Program-made: the position numbers and the translations under genes
Source: Chrysomallon squamiferum
Lineage: Eukaryota; Animalia; Mollusca
Length of the DNA stretch: 64,000 bases
NCBI GenBank assembly: GCA_012295275.1
Contig: CM022671.1
Coordinates: 33,542,001-33,606,000, forward strand
Direction of reading: 5' to 3'
Notes under the pieces: generated by a model
Told to the model about the DNA's origin: nothing
Databases searched by the model: none
The model's input: the letters and a program-made list of their open reading frames with translations, nothing else
In this document: piece after piece, positions 1-12,981 of the stretch
Layout of the letters: the number at the start of each line of letters is the position of its first letter
Position numbering within the stretch: position 1 is the stretch's first letter

Positions 1-629
1 CAAGTAATTTCTTGTCATTGGTGTGCCTTGATCCTTTCTAGTCTGTTAATTTACTACTACTACTACTACTAATAATAATATTTCTATTACTACTATTACT
101 GCTACTAATACTACTAATTTTCCTACAAGTATTATTACACATATTATTATGAGTTAAGCGAAAAAAATGTAGGACATTTTCAGATTCTATCATTTGCTAT
201 CATATGTTATTATTATTATTGGTTTCCAGTAATCGGTCCTTAAAATTAGATTACAGAATCAAATGGGAATATAAATAGACAATAAATGTGTTTGTACCAA
301 AAATATGTGGCTATGGTGCATGATGTACAGTTTACCCTGGATTTTATGGACTACTATGGTGGACGTGTCCATTATCAGAAAATCATTTGTATTTGATAAA
401 CTATGTTACATTAATGGTTCAAACTCATTACTATATAGTTTTTCTTTTATACATTTGATATAATAAAAAATACATATATACATATATAAAATATTTTATT
501 GGTAGATGTTTGTTTAAGAAATACATTCTACATGCAATAACAATTTAAGTACTGACAAAATTACAATAATATGCTGAAAACATTTATCACATCAGTATAT
601 TTAGTGATGTAATGCTAAATGAAAAAGGA

Positions 630-1140
630 AGGTTCCCAATATCAACAGGAAACACATTTAGAACCAGTTTAACAGGGAATGTATTTTAATAGTAAGTATT
701 TTTTATATCAACAGAGAACTTATTTCAATAGTTGTAAAAAATGTATCAACAGAACATATCTAAAACAAATAAAGGAATAAACCAAAAGAGCATGTTTTAA
801 AAGGTAGGGAAACATTTCAACATGGAACTGATTTAAAACATTAAGAAAAAATGAAGAAATTACATCAACTGAGAACTAATTTCATTAGTAGTGAAATTAT
901 GTCAACAGAATATATTTCAACAGTGAGGAAATTCTATCAACACACTTCATTAATTAGGGAATCATTTCAACAATATTGAGGGAATTATGTTAACAGTTGA
1001 AGAGTGGGCTATTTCTGTAGTAGAGAAATTATTTACAGTAGCAGTAATCCTTTCAGTAGTTAATAAAATATTTGGATGGTGGAAAAAATGTGTGACAGTG
1101 GAGGAAATAGTAGGGATTCATTTATCATGGAATGTATTTC
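630..1140 (+). repeat. Decayed minisatellite with recurring TATTTCAACAG / TATCAACAGA motifs, period roughly 20/40 bp
   Basis: More than ten imperfect occurrences of (T/A)TCAACA(G), often followed by GGAAAT/GAAC. Confidence 0.55.
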
Positions 1141-1469
1141 CATTCTCCAAAATGTGATGGTATTAGTACCTTTTTTCAGAATTATGAAGATCCTTATTGT
1201 GAAATGTTTGATTATTACTTGTTTTTTTTGAGAATTATTTCTACAGTGTTACCCATTCCTTGTCATCATTATTTTTCATTGCACTGTAGCTCTAATATAT
1301 AACCATTAAAATCTGTAATTATCAATTTTTTTTTTATAACTTTATTGTTTTTTCTTCTTGGAACTTTTTATTTATAAATGAAAAACACTGAGATAACATC
1401 TATTAAGTAAATAAAGTAGAAAGCATTTATAATTAATCAAATTATATATGGCATTAAAATATAACATTT

Positions 1470-1521
<52 letters not shown>
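1470..1521. repeat. (AAT)n microsatellite
   Basis: Perfect trinucleotide run. Confidence 0.9.
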
Positions 1522-1525
<4 letters not shown>

Positions 1526-2343
1526 TGATAAAACAAATACATTGTAATATAATATTATGATAAAACAGCTGCACCATGATAAAACAAAATAAACACTGTA
1601 ATATAGTGGCATTATAAAATACAACAGCTGCACTATAATATATAATAGAAATATATAATCTAGTAGTTTTATCACAAAACAACAAAAATATAGTAGCATT
1701 ATGATTGTACAACAGCCTCTTGTTATAAAACATCATATATATTATAATAATAGCTTTATAATACAGTGACTGTATTATAATATATCAACAAGAATATTGT
1801 TTTCTCTGAATATTTTCAATTTGAAAATGTGACATTAAATTCTGTAATCATTAAACATTTAATAGAAGAAAATCTACTACTTTACTTACATAATGCTTAA
1901 GTTTTCTTGAATATTATACATATAAAAAAATAAAATAAAATATTTTACATATTCTTTATAAAATAAGAACAAAGAAGAAAATTCTACTCTAAAATCCCAC
2001 CAGTCTATTTTAGTTGCTAAAAGTGAGATACTATTAAAAGCACAAAGAATTAAAAAAATAAAATATATATATAAAAGAAATCATATATAAAAAAAAGATT
2101 AAATGAGTGCACACAAATACATAAAGAAATACTGTTTAAAATTAATTGCAAATTAAGAAAGACATACCTCCTCTTTCGGTGTATTTACACAATTCATTGT
2201 TCATATTAAAATGTGCAACTGTGAAACTGGTAGATCCATACAATTTGTAAAAACATTGACAAAGATAAAAATATAGTGCAGTAAATTTATTTAGTCTTTT
2301 TCCACAAAATATTTTACATTTTCTTACACACACACACAGACAC

Positions 2344-2345
<2 letters not shown>

Positions 2346-2412
<67 letters not shown>
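2346..2412. repeat. (TA)n microsatellite
   Basis: Dinucleotide run with one interruption. Confidence 0.9.
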
Positions 2413-2416
<4 letters not shown>

Positions 2417-4176
2417 CAAAAACAAAAACAACCTTGATGGTCATTATTGTAGTTTTACAGATGCAAGACCAAAATAGGCATCCTAACATCAGTCTTTACA
2501 TATACAGGTATAGATCCTCATAAGTATGAATATATTTATATAATTTTACAGCAAACATTTCTCACTAAAGTAAATATTAAATTATTTAGTGATAACAATG
2601 AGACATTGTAGTACTGGATATAAAATTATAAAACAACTCCACATTACTGAAAATTATGGAAATCACAAGATATTAAATCAGAAATATGAAAATAAAAAAT
2701 CAAGTAATTAAAGCACATTTTTAGAAAAAACACATATTTGAAATTAATAAACAAATTATAACCATAACATATACATCTATAAAATACATATGATTAAATT
2801 TATATAATGTAACAGGAACAAGATAAATATCACATCACAACTAATATTTAGTACTGTGCCATTAGTTCACTGATATATGCAATTTGTTAAAATGTACCTA
2901 TGTGCCACATACAACCAGTTTAATTACAATTTGTCTGTTTACAAAAGATTATAAGTGACTGGAAGCAAATATTTATTAATAACAAAGTACTCTCTCCCGA
3001 GAATATATGAAGTTCAGTAATTTTTGAACATCATTTAATATTCAGAAATGTAAAACAAACATAAATAAAAATAATAATTAAAATAATTAAAAAAATTAAA
3101 CATAATAAAAAACAAGAATAATAAATTAAATGAATCTCTACATATTTATCCCATCAGAAATAAAAATAAAAATGTGTAAGTTCCAGAATTCTAATAAGCT
3201 TGTTATTTATTATTGTCATACTTTATTAGTAGTAAAGTAACAAATTAAACAAACTCATGGAAGTATTGTGTGTTTAATATGTTATTTTGTACTGCATCTG
3301 GCACACATTCACATTCAAATGTATATAGATTTTTATTAATTCTTATTTACTTATTTATTCTTATTTTATTATGATTTTGTTATTATATTTGAATGTGTAT
3401 CCAGATTAATCAGAACATTAAAGTGTACTAGATGCAGTACAAAATGCTAAATATTTATATATACTTAAATTTCAAGAACTGTCTCACTGGTTTATCTAGA
3501 TAAAACTAAACCTGCATATTACAGTGAATGCATCTGAAAGATAATAAAGTACTGTACATTTTCTCAGTTATAAAAATATTCAGCAGAATGTCTAAGCTTT
3601 TGGCAGAAGGGCTGTGGCAAGGCACATCAAAGAACTTATTTTGTAGTTCCATAGTTTAGAAAGATTCCTATTTTTCAAGTTATTAATACAGTATGTTTAT
3701 AATGAAACAATTTTTCCCAAACCAGCATCAGTTCTAGCCTGACAACACAACATTTATTTAATTATTAATTTTTTTATTTGTATTTTAAATTAATTGTTTC
3801 TGGCATATTTATTGTGAGTATGAATATTTGTGTTAAGCATTTAGCTGCATATACACATCATCTCTTTATAAAGATGTCTCTGTGACTATGCAAGTGTACA
3901 AAGTTTATATCCAAATGTCAGTAACTTGGTACTCTATTACTTCAAATCACTGGTCTTATTCATTATTAAAAGTTTCATTTATTATGCAGTGTCGTTTAAC
4001 ATTAAGAAAAAGAGACAATATATCATTCATTATCCATTTGAAGTAAATTGTAAACCACAACACCATAAATGTTGTTAGCTAAGTTATAAATCCTTTGTAG
4101 TTTAATTTTAAGTTTAGAACTTTTATTACTGAGTGTATTTGCAAAGTTCTGTCTGCAAAGTTTGCTGAACACTAAG

Positions 4177-7100
4177 TCAGACTTGCTGAGGCTGTCTCTC
4201 TGGATCAGAACTGTGTTTTCTGTACATCGTTCCTGGACCTGTGGGGACGTACATGTAAGACTTCCCAGTCAGATACTGCTGCTCTCCTTGTGCTACCTGT
4301 CTTGTGTTAGCATTTATATTACCATTTGGCTGAGCAGTGATATCAACATTTGACATATCTCTGACATGAACATTTTGCCTTTGATAAATATCAGCAGTCT
4401 GCCTTCCATTCATATTAGCACTCAGCCTTTCTCTGCTATCATCATTAAACCTATCCTTGATATCAACATTCTGCCTTGTATTTTGCCACTGTTGACTTGA
4501 AGAAGTTGCTTCTAATACTGTGCTTCCTGAAGATAGGAACTGTTTATTTACAGGTACAACCTGCTCTCCAATGTTCACTGCTGACTGGTAAGTGCCTGAT
4601 TTCTTCCTTTCTCCTAACAGTTCTTCAATGACCTGATCACGGTCTGGACTGAAGAGGATACTGGGTGGTGCAAACCCATTTTCCTTGCTTAGACGAATGA
4701 TGGTCTGTCGTTGTCCTTCAGTTATGTACAGCAGCAGCTGAGGAGGAAAATTCCATGTGGTCCGACCATCGATGTCCTGATAGAAGAGCTTGTTTTTTGT
4801 AGCAGCCTCTTGACTTCTGTGAATTGTCCAGCCATCTGGCAGGGCAGAATCTATTAGAAGAATCCCACAATCACATCTTTCTGAATTCTTCAGATTCCTT
4901 TTAAGGGTCTCTAACTTAGGAGCATTTTCATCAAATGGGGTTGAGTAATAAACATCATGCATTGTGGCACAGTTTGGAGGAGGCAATGGTGGTCGACTGT
5001 CTGGTACACTAGCTTTCCTCTGACGGTCCTTTTCAGTGATGTTTGTTCTTAAGTCTGGAGCTTTCTGACTGGGTGATGGCAGCCCAGTGGCTACTGCTTT
5101 CACTTCAGTTATACTATCAAGTGAGATGTGGCTGAATGACAGTTCTCTGTCTGTCTCTCTGAAAGACGAAGTGCTGCGACTTTTTACAGGATATGCTGTT
5201 TTAGTGTCTGCAAAATAAAATAAAATTTGCTGCTGTTTTATGAAATACATTAAACAATACCACAGATACAAAAGAGATATGTTAACATTGAAATATTTAT
5301 CATGAGTCAAGGAAATATGCATCAGTCAAATGCTGTAGCATTATATTTACAGGCATTTTCTATATTTCAAGCTAATGAAAAATACTATTAATTTGAGATA
5401 ATTTACTGCCAACCTAAACTTTTACTGTAGAATTTAATTATAATAATAATTAAATAAAACAATAAAAAGAAAATAGTAAATAATAACAACAATAAAAACA
5501 ACAAGAATACCAACAATGATAAAAAAAAAACAAAAAAAAAACAAGAACAGCAGCAACAACAACAACAACAACAACAGTAATAAAATTAGTATTAGTGATA
5601 GTAATAATAAAGTAATACAAGAGTGTTGTATAGTAAAGATACCAAATCACTGTACCTGGACTCATTTCTGATTGTAGTGAGTTTGTTGATGTGGCATGTG
5701 TTATCATGGCCTGAGGTGTACTTCTTCCTAACTGTTCATACTGCCGGTTTCTGTTAATTGGATATAACAAGCGCACATTGTCTATCTTTTCCAAGTTACC
5801 TATTCTGTGCTGCTTGTAAAAGCTACATAGTTCCATAAATGATGTGAATTTCAATTCAGGAACGATGTAATACAGGAAGTATCCACCTTGTTTCTCCATA
5901 ACCACATTGATGTGTCGTACAGAACTATCACTTATACTGTAAGATAGATAAATAAATAAACAAATTAATAAATGATAACAACAACAACAACAATAATAAT
6001 AATTTATAACAATTACATTTTAAAATTAATAAGCAATGTCAAAGAAACTGTTACTGGTACACTGTCTTGCCTTCTTATAAACCCAGATTAGGATACTTAA
6101 AAAAAATATCACTGAGAATGATACTGTGAACAATAACAAGTGTAATAATATAAATTTAAAAAAAATAAAAATTATTTTAAATTTTTTTCTTTAAACTAAA
6201 ATATATATGAAACAGAAGATTTCAAAACATCTACATAGTTATTATATTACTAACCATTTATCATCAGCATTTTTTTTCTGACATTCACAGACATTACTTA
6301 TACACTGTAAATATTTTACCTGACAGATAAAGACAAGTAGTTTTCTCCTTTTGAACTCTGTCGCAACAGATAACATCCAGCACTTACAGGACTGTAATTT
6401 TTAATGAAGGTTGTCGCCTGTAGAATAAAATAAATAAATTAGATAATGAAATATTAAAAGTAATCAAAATTAGTTAATTTGTTTTCTATATAAATGATTT
6501 ACACAAAATATACATGTACAAATGTAAAATCATACAAACCAACCAACCAATCAAATACAGTGGTACCTTGACTTATGAGTGCCCCAACTTATGAGTTTTT
6601 CAAGTTACAAGTGAGCTTCAGGTACGTCGCTGCTTTGTGGTGCAACAAACAACATAACATCCGTCCAGCACCCTGTGTCTCACTTGTTTATTTCACGTGG
6701 TTACCTTGCCGTGGAAGCATCTGTCTTGTGTTGTGCTTGCATTTTGTTCAGTATTTTGCCAAATTTCTTTTTTCTGACCATGGATCCAAAGAAAGTGAGT
6801 GCAAAGGACAGTGCTGAGAAAAAGAAGTGGTTCATGTCCATTGAATTAAAGCTTGATTTCATAGAAAAACATGAGCTGGATCTACATGCAGTCGACTTGG
6901 CTAGGCAGTAATAGCATTGTAGTTCTACAGTGTGTACCATATTGAAGCTGAAGGATTCATTAAAAGCTGTAACTCCAGCCAAAGGCATTAAAATAATTTG
7001 TCTGATCTCCAAGATAAATACACTTTACAAAACAAATTTATTTCTTTACATTCTCTTTTATTTTTTTTTTTATCCAATATTTGTCATTTATTAATACATT

Positions 7101-8087
7101 TTTTTAATTTAAAAAGACATTACAAACAAAAAAGTGGGCTGGAATGGATTAGTGGTATTTCAATTAATTTTAGTTGGGGAAAATTGTTTTGATATACAAG
7201 CAAACTGAGATACGAGCTCAGTCATGGAACAAATAAAACTCATAAGTGAAGGTACCACTGTATCTTTATCATGAAGTCAAGCATATAGACATGTATGTTG
7301 ACACACGAGAATAAAGAAACACATGCCTACCTACCTACTTATATATCTATGTATCTACTCACATCTAATCTATGTATCTAATACGAAGGCATAACCCTTG
7401 TATCTACAATTCTATTAATCTTACGGAGAATGACATGAATGTGTACAAGAGGTGGCAACATTAATTATAAACAGTAATATTGCTGATACAATACAACATA
7501 TCATGTTCTTGCTTTAATTTACTGAGGTGCAGTTGACTGTAAAATTGCATTCTCACAGAGGACTTTTTTTCTTTTTTTTTAACTTGGTGATTCAGTTGAT
7601 GTACCAAAGTCTGTATGGTATGTGCTATGTTGTCTGCAAGATGGTGTATGTCTGAAGGGTTCCTTGCTGCTAATCAAAAAGAGTAGCCAACAAAAATGCC
7701 AAAGGTGGTTTCCTCTATCATTATCTGAGTGGTCCTTAAACCTAAACTATAAAACCATAAATATGATAATTATGTTGATTGCATCATAAAATACAAATTA
7801 CTTCCCTTTTTTATTCAAAATATTTAGTTTTAACAGTGGCATATATAATACACAATCAAGGAAGTCAACACACTATATATAACTGTAAATACTGATATGA
7901 CAATGATATATAAATACACATCCACAATCAAGAAAGCTGACAAACCATACAACTATAAATATTGATAACACTATGACAATACATTAAATCAGAAACCTAC
8001 CTGTTGACTATTTGTAATGTCTGGGTAGAAAAAGCGCAGAGCTGCTATTTCTTTTGGTACGTAATTCATATGATTAGCTTCAGCCAT
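4177..8087 (-). CDS. SH2 domain + proline-rich + WW domain adaptor protein (~498 aa, 4 coding exons; possible extra upstream exon 10407-10522)
   Basis: Exons 8087-8001, 6417-6320, 5936-5656 and 5207-4177 are all GT-AG and phase-consistent. The spliced product reads MAEANHMNYVPKEIAALRFFYPDITNSQQATTFIKNYSPVSAGCYLLRQSSKGENYLSLSVSISDSSVRHINVVMEKQGGYFLY...FTSFMELCSFY...LLYPI, an SH2 fold with a FLVRES-like YLLRQS. Later come RPPLPPP and LPDGWTIHRS...KLFYQDIDGRTTWNFP (WW domain). Confidence 0.85.
6558..7260 (+). mobile_element. Non-autonomous Tigger/pogo (Tc1-mariner superfamily) DNA transposon in an intron of the SH2-WW gene
   Basis: TIRs CAGTGGTACCTTGACTTATGAGT ... ACTCATAAGTGAAGGTACCACTG are flanked by TA on both sides. 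The interior holds a stop-interrupted remnant, MDPKKVSAKDSAEKKKWFMSIELKLDFIEKHE...STVCTILK, resembling the N-terminal CENP-B/psq HTH of Tigger transposases. Confidence 0.9.
7598..7805 (+). mobile_element. Decayed Nin-domain SINE fragment (3' portion)
   Basis: GGTATGTGCTATGTTGTCTGCAAGATGGTGTATGT...CCTTGCTGCTAATCAAAAAGAGTAGCC...GGTTTCCTCT...TGGTCCTTAA resembles the conserved Nin central domain of mollusc SINEs. Recognised from memory, not aligned. Confidence 0.6.
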
Positions 8088-9988
8088 TACTGGTGTGAGG
8101 ATTTTTCTATAAAAATAAAATACAATTATAATAATAATAAAAATGATAAAATTTATCTATCTATTTATATATAAAAGAAAAGAAACCAAGGCTGTATGGA
8201 GACTCAGTCTTTCAAGAATTTTGTGTAATATGCATCATTAGAGTACAGTGACACAAACTACTGCATATTTGCACCACCAGCACCAAGTTGACTAGATGGC
8301 AGTTATTCAGTTAAGTTAGTCTTCCCAGTATTCCATAATAAATGTATCAAAGGCTATCAGAAGAGTTTTTCTGTTTAGTTCTAATATTAGTTTATAAATG
8401 ATTCCTGCTACTGAATTGTTGTTCTCTGATAATTATTATCAAAATGACCAATGTTATTATCAGTCATGTGATTTAACTTCCTTAAAAAAGCTGAAAAAAT
8501 CTACCAGGACAAAAGATTGAAAATGAATGCCAAAGGTGTGAGTATTCTATACTATACTCCATAATAATTTTCAAATTAAAGGTTTAATTTTGTGACTTCT
8601 GGATATTAAAAATTAAACCAAAAGAAATTATGAAAATTGTTTCTCACGAAGGACATATGATGATGATGATGATAATAATAGTAATAATAATAAAATATGA
8701 ACATAAATATATTTCTTATTATAATGATCAAGTGGCTGCAGAATTGTTAAATATTTGATTACAACCATATCTTCACTGAAGCTTAAGTTTGCTCTACCAT
8801 TAAAATTGTCTTTTAATATAAAATTGTGAAAATCATAAAATTTACTTTTTTGTTACTATAGTTCTAGATTAGATTTTCAGTTTCAAAACTTAATTTAGCC
8901 ATTTGATATAAATGCTTAAAGTCAAACCATTTCTGCTCCAATAATGCCAGACGTAGATAAGTCTTACAGACCTCTGGTGACTGGATTTTTGATTATGTTC
9001 TAATCTGTGTTATGACTGTAAATGGGAAAATAAATAAACCCCAAACTGTGGCAGATGTTCAGGACATCAGTAATTCTGTTTTCCATAAGATATCAGGCAG
9101 GCTATTTTGCTAGCTTTGCAATAATAATAATAAGAAGAAGAAGAAGAAGAAGAAGAAAGAAAAATAGATTTAGAAATGTATCAATTTATTTGTTTTTATT
9201 TTGTAGCATTCACATTACATAGATACTGCTACTTATGTGGTTACACTCACTGACCCAGTTGATAATGATAATAATAATTAAAACAGAGAAGAAGGTGAAC
9301 AATTTAGAGTTACAAGTATGTGCCTGGATAATTAAATTCTATGTTGATTCTTATCATACAGGTAAACAGTAAATGAAAACCTGAAACTGGCACAACAACA
9401 GATTATCAATTTTATAATTTTATAATTTTCACAGAAATATTTTTCTTTATTCATATAACAGACACATACACACACATGCATGCCTGTGGGCAAATATACA
9501 TACATTTATACATGCCTGAAAATAAACGTGAAACCATAAATCATAACCATTTCAGTTTCTAAAATGCCTTTTCTACTATTATTTTTTAAAACATTTTATG
9601 GAAGGAAATATCATTACTGTCAAATTACAGTTAATTCAAAAGCTGGCAGACAATCAAATTATCATTCACAAAGTAATAATGTCAAAATAACAAGTAAAAA
9701 AAGAAAGTAAAGTGAAGTAACCAGGAAATTGAATGTCAGAGGATACTAAACAAATTAAAATTAAAAATATTCTTGTTTAGAACTTATGTGTTTAGTTACA
9801 ATGAGTCATACTGACCTAAATAGTATCTATGTTATAAATCAAAACAGTCAAAACCTGATTACATACACAGTAACTGTTTAATTTTAAAATAAATTATTAA
9901 AACATGAACTGCTAGTATTGCTGCTATAAATATTATTATTAGTAGTAGTGGCAGTAGTAATATAGTAATGGCATTATTACTAAGAACT

Positions 9989-10030
<42 letters not shown>

Positions 10031-11564
10031 TAATTCTAAACATGTATAAAATATCCTCATTCAAATAAACAATCATTTAGATGATTTACTGATTTAGAAA
10101 AAATAATTATGTCAAAAATCTACATTTAATTTTAATACACAATTTTTTTTTTTTTTTTTTTCTAAGTAGCAAAAATGTTCTAACTAATAATATATGTACA
10201 TGTTTCATTATAAAATATTTAACTTGCTTCATGTTGCTTCATATTAACAACTTAATACATAAAACAGTTACAACTGGTCTGATTCAGACTGTGGGATTAG
10301 TAAATGTAAAATAATGCTTTGGAATGCTTTGGCATTTTGGACAGTTCTCTTTCTACTGATACACCAAGTTTATTTAATTTGAAATGCAGTGTTTAAAGAT
10401 GTATACCATCATCTACTTTTGATGAAATGTCATAACAGAGGAATGCTATCTGGTTCAAACAATTATTTGGAATTTCAAATTTCTCACCCATGAGGATCCA
10501 AAATACATTATTAGAGCAATATCTAAGGGAATAAAGAGAAACAGGTAATTTTAATATTTTCAGTTAAGAAAATTATCTTAAAAGTATGCATAATTTTGCA
10601 CACCATTTAAGACTAACTTTTTAGGTTTCTAAGAATTATGCATTCAGTATTAGGAATTATTACTCCAGACTAAGATTCCAAGTAACAGTAACATTCACTA
10701 GTCTCTAGAACACAGACTAAAGATTGTTTATTAATCATTACAAGTCTTAAAAATAACTATTGCAAAATCTGTTTTTATTTTAATGAATTTATTTGTACTG
10801 CTTTGGTATTTAAACAGAACATTCTGGTGTTTTGTCTTCATGAAATAAACATTCTATGAAGAATTAAAATTAAAAAAATAATAATTAAAAACTGAATAAT
10901 ATCACAATTATTAAAGTGAAATCAAATATAAGGTATCTATCTCATACATTTATTTTTTATTTAAAAAAAAGAAAAGAAAAAAGAATAAGTATAATAATAA
11001 TATGTAAATATTTATATATATATATAAAGTTCCTTAAATTTAATGAAATACCTTTACTATTTATAAGAATTAATTACAATGAACCATAAAATCTAATACT
11101 TTTTAAGGTACAACCTAAGACTAAATGTTCTGTGACTATCAGATAGTCTCTTTATTTAAAAGTAGTTTAGAATTTTTGGAAAGTCTATATGATTTATATC
11201 ACTTGACATCAGTATTATTGCTGAAACTGATTATATGACAATTAAAGCCTTAAATGACTGAGTAATTTTTACTTTGTCGATATAAAAAACTGAAATTAAT
11301 TAGTCTTTGCTAGAAGTAGAAGCATCAGTAATACACATTAATTCTGACATGAGTAGATATAATAATATGATAAGAACAGTTATTTCTGACTGACAGATTT
11401 TGAAATTTAAAGGAAAAGGAAGACAGTCGAGACTTTTACCCTTAAAGAATAAATATTTCACTGTGACTAAGTATTATGTAGCATGCAATCGAATGGTATA
11501 TCAAAAATCAACATATTACTAACTACGAGAACATTTAACTGTATTAATAATAATTAATACTCAC

Positions 11565-12293
11565 TCTTGTTCATTCACTGAAAATAGTTTTATGGTAGAT
11601 TTTCACGTCTATTTTCGCACATATTCTTCTCTATTCTTTCACCGTAGACCAGGAAGTTAATGACAACCAACCATGGCTGTCGTGAAAAAACAATAATAAA
11701 AATAAAAAAGAGAAAACGATAGTTCATAGAAACGGGTCTCAAAGTCGTTACTGGTTTAAGGTTATATCGAAATATCAAGTAAACTACAAACTCGGTATTA
11801 CTGCCGCCACTACAATCACAGCAACATTAACTCTTTCAATTACAAGCGTAACATTAGTAATACTACAACAAATACTACTAATGCTACTGCTACCACTACC
11901 ACTACTGCTGTTATTATTGTTAATTTTAATATATTTATTCCTTATTACATTTATCACATATACATACATACATACATAATTCATATATATATATATAATT
12001 CATACAATTATAAAACTTTATTACTCATTACATCAAGCTAAAATAACATACAGCTGTCAACACGGGCCATTAGTTTAAGATTCTAGAAAACGATGAGTTA
12101 ATTGTAGACCCACCCAATTAGTGTCATTTATATTTCCATCTAATTTGAACCGGTCGTGTCAAAGTTCATACTAGCTTTATATAAACTAATAGGTTAACTT
12201 GAGGTGCGCGATGTGGCTCGACGGTAGCTCAAAAAGATTTTGATTAGAACTCGGCATAGAATCAACAATTACAAAAAAGACAAATAAACATAA

Positions 12294-12330
<37 letters not shown>

Positions 12331-12981
12331 AATTTTCATTACATTATTTTGTGCTTATGAATTATTTACCTATTTCTTTCACTTTCTTTCATTCGTAGCT
12401 ACCAAATTAACATGATTACTATATTGGAGGATCTTCAGCTCTAGTCATTGATACCTAAATGATAAAATCAGTAAATCATAATGAATGCGTTATATGACCA
12501 AAATTATCTTTTTAATAACTGTGAGCAAAAAAAAAAAAAAAAATAATAATAAAAAAAACCAAATTTATAAAAGTTGACAAATAAATTAACAACTGGTCAC
12601 TTTTATTTGTATTTATTTGAAATTCAACTTATTTAATATTATTGTTTAATATGTTTACATTGATTTAATCCCAAACCAATATTCTATACACTGTTATTGT
12701 TGTAGCAACGAGACTTTTTACTTCCGGTATATCACTCCACCTTTGCAGTAAAATAATAATTTGTATTCTATTTTTATTAAAATTGTTTTACAATATATAT
12801 TACTTTTACGATATAATATAGGGTTGTACAGTTAACATTCATTAGGGAGACAATACGTTTGAATTTTATTTTCCTTTGAAGACTATTCTTAGCGGCGCAA
12901 TGAAGACTAAGTGTAGTAGTAATGGGGTTTTAGAAGTGCACCAAAAGTTGTAAACGTCCGAGAGGTAGCCGTAAACTCTTT
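11565..12981. promoter_or_regulatory. Divergent promoter region and first non-coding exons of the SH2-WW gene (-) and CFAP92 (+)
   Basis: Locally CpG-retaining segment between two CpG-poor gene bodies. Outward-facing strong donors at 11564 (minus, GTGAGT) and 12982 (plus, GTAAGT). CCAAT at 12676, X-box-like ATTGTTGTAGCAAC at 12696-12709, ETS motif ACTTCCGGT at 12720-12728. Confidence 0.6.

Noticed and set aside
1454-2489. ORFs rich in poly-Ile, poly-Tyr and YI repeats
   Set aside because: Translations of (AAT)n and (TA)n microsatellites. The same applies to the ORFs at 48124-48696, 50060-50864, 51417-51659, 53341-53692, 55913-56266 and 57911-58102.
12200-12230. tRNA-like A-box (GATGTGGCTCGACGGTAG)
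   Set aside because: No B-box or cloverleaf follows. At most a SINE head remnant.
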